IMG/VR virus record: IMGVR_UViG_3300032326_000853
Span: 9,456-73,455 of that record
DNA: 64,000 nt
Reading direction: 5' to 3' (one strand)
Source of the DNA: a virus
Part shown: positions 62,946 to 64,000 of the stretch, one piece after another
Layout of the letters: each line of letters opens with the position of its first letter
Numbering within the stretch: position 1 is the first letter of the stretch
Translations under genes and position numbers: made by a program
The notes under the pieces: generated by a model
Seen by the model: only the letters and a program-made list of their open reading frames with translations
Databases searched by the model: none
Told to the model about the DNA's origin: nothing

Positions 62946-64000
62946 ATGAAACGTGTAGCAATGATTGGATTAGGCAAGCTGGGCTTGCCGTGTGCAGAAG
63001 TAATGGCCGAGCATTACGATGTTTGCGGATATGATATTAACACAGTAGACCCAACACAAACTGTTGTTATCAAAGACTCTATTGCAGAAGCTGTCAAAGG
63101 CGCTGACATTATCTTTGTTGCAGTTCCTACACCCCACAATCCACAATACGGCGGTGAAACTCCTATCTCTAATATGGCTCCGTGTAACTTTGATTACACG
63201 CCAGTCATTAATGTCTTTGAACAAATTAATCCGCATGTGACACAGGATCAATTGGTAGTGTTGATCTCTACTGTATTGCCTGGCACTGTTCGAGAAGTTT
63301 TAATTCACTATTTGACTCGAGCAAGATTTATTTACAATCCATATCTCATTGCCATGGGTTCAGTAAAATGGGACATGGTCAATCCTGAGTGCTTGATTAT
63401 TGGCACAGAAGACGGTTCAACAACAGGCGATGCACAAGAGCTTATTGAATTCTACAAGCCATTGATGAAAAATGAACCACGTGTTAACGTGGGTACATGG
63501 GACGAAGCAGAAGCTATTAAGATTTTCTACAATACGTTTATTAGTGCCAAGATTGGTCTTGTGAACATGATTCAAGACGTTGCAGAAAAGAACGGCAACA
63601 TCAACGTTGACGTAGTAACAGATGCACTCAAAGCCGCAACACAGCGTATTACAGGACCACGTTACCTAACAGCAGGTTTAGGTGACGCAGGTGCATGCCA
63701 TCCACGTGACAACATTGCTTTACGTTGGCTAAGTGGCAAGTTAGATCTAGGTTACGATATGTTCCATGCTATCATGAGTGCCCGCGATAGTCAAGCTCAA
63801 GCCATGGCCAGTAAGCTAGTAAAACTTGCACAAGAAAACAATCTTCCTGTTGTGATTCATGGTAAAGCATACAAACCATATGTGCCTTACACCATTGGTA
63901 GTTATAGCTTACTAGTAGGACATTTTGTAGAACATGCTGGAGTAGAGTTACACTATGTAGATCCTCTAACAGGCGACACTGAAGCACCTGCTGGACCAGC
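62946..64000 (+). CDS. ugd: UDP-glucose/GDP-mannose 6-dehydrogenase family protein (3'-partial)
   Basis: Not in the ORF track because it runs off the window. N-terminal Rossmann 'VAMIGLGKLGLPCAEV' and catalytic Cys motif 'GLGDAGACHPRD' (cf. GFGGSCFPKD). Confidence 0.65.
   Translation, partial: MKRVAMIGLGKLGLPCAEVMAEHYDVCGYDINTVDPTQTVVIKDSIAEAVKGADIIFVAVPTPHNPQYGGETPISNMAPCNFDYTPVINVFEQINPHVTQDQLVVLISTVLPGTVREVLIHYLTRARFIYNPYLIAMGSVKWDMVNPECLIIGTEDGSTTGDAQELIEFYKPLMKNEPRVNVGTWDEAEAIKIFYNTFISAKIGLVNMIQDVAEKNGNINVDVVTDALKAATQRITGPRYLTAGLGDAGACHPRDNIALRWLSGKLDLGYDMFHAIMSARDSQAQAMASKLVKLAQENNLPVVIHGKAYKPYVPYTIGSYSLLVGHFVEHAGVELHYVDPLTGDTEAPAGP

Noticed and set aside
1-64000. Eukaryotic giant-virus origin (collagen, papain, subtilisin, discoidin, desaturase, GT10-like)
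   Set aside because: Genes have Shine-Dalgarno sites, sigma70 -35/-10 promoters, rho-independent terminators, lipoprotein lipoboxes and ATGA-type overlaps. These are bacterial and phage features.

Overview
The window is a densely packed, almost entirely plus-strand gene array with overlapping start/stop codons, Shine-Dalgarno sites and sigma70-type promoters (TTGACA-17 bp-TATACT). That fits a large tailed bacteriophage (or phage-derived element) of a Gram-negative host rather than ordinary bacterial chromosome. No capsid, terminase or replication genes are in the window.

The 5' end carries partial collagen-like and tail-fibre genes plus a subtilisin-like protease. The rest is accessory cargo:
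- Metabolic genes: an NfsA-type nitroreductase, a hotdog thioesterase, a TauD-type dioxygenase and a delta-9 desaturase.
- A UvdE UV-damage endonuclease and three radical-SAM enzymes, two of them B12-binding paralogs.
- Three orphan periplasmic solute-binding proteins.
- Two tandem LuxR-type regulators, and a Gly/Tyr-rich plus collagen-like fibre module.
- A papain-like protease, an SPFH lipoprotein and two GH19 lysins.
- A CHASE2 adenylate cyclase, an amidoligase-like protein and a GGCT-like protein.
- A fucosyltransferase-like glycosyltransferase and a UDP-glucose dehydrogenase.

The most striking feature is a curli-type amyloid secretion cluster: CsgF-like, CsgG, a curlin-repeat protein, a FecR-domain protein and a discoidin-curlin fusion.

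Other notable signals are:
- A family of proteins sharing an N-terminal M-K-[LI]-R-E-L motif and an 'LNEFAPGxGD' motif.
- Internal Ala/Gly-rich signal-like segments in several large proteins.
- A promoter-operator cassette of roughly 100-140 bp present twice.
- A seven-gene minus-strand island.

No tRNA, rRNA or CRISPR array was recognised.
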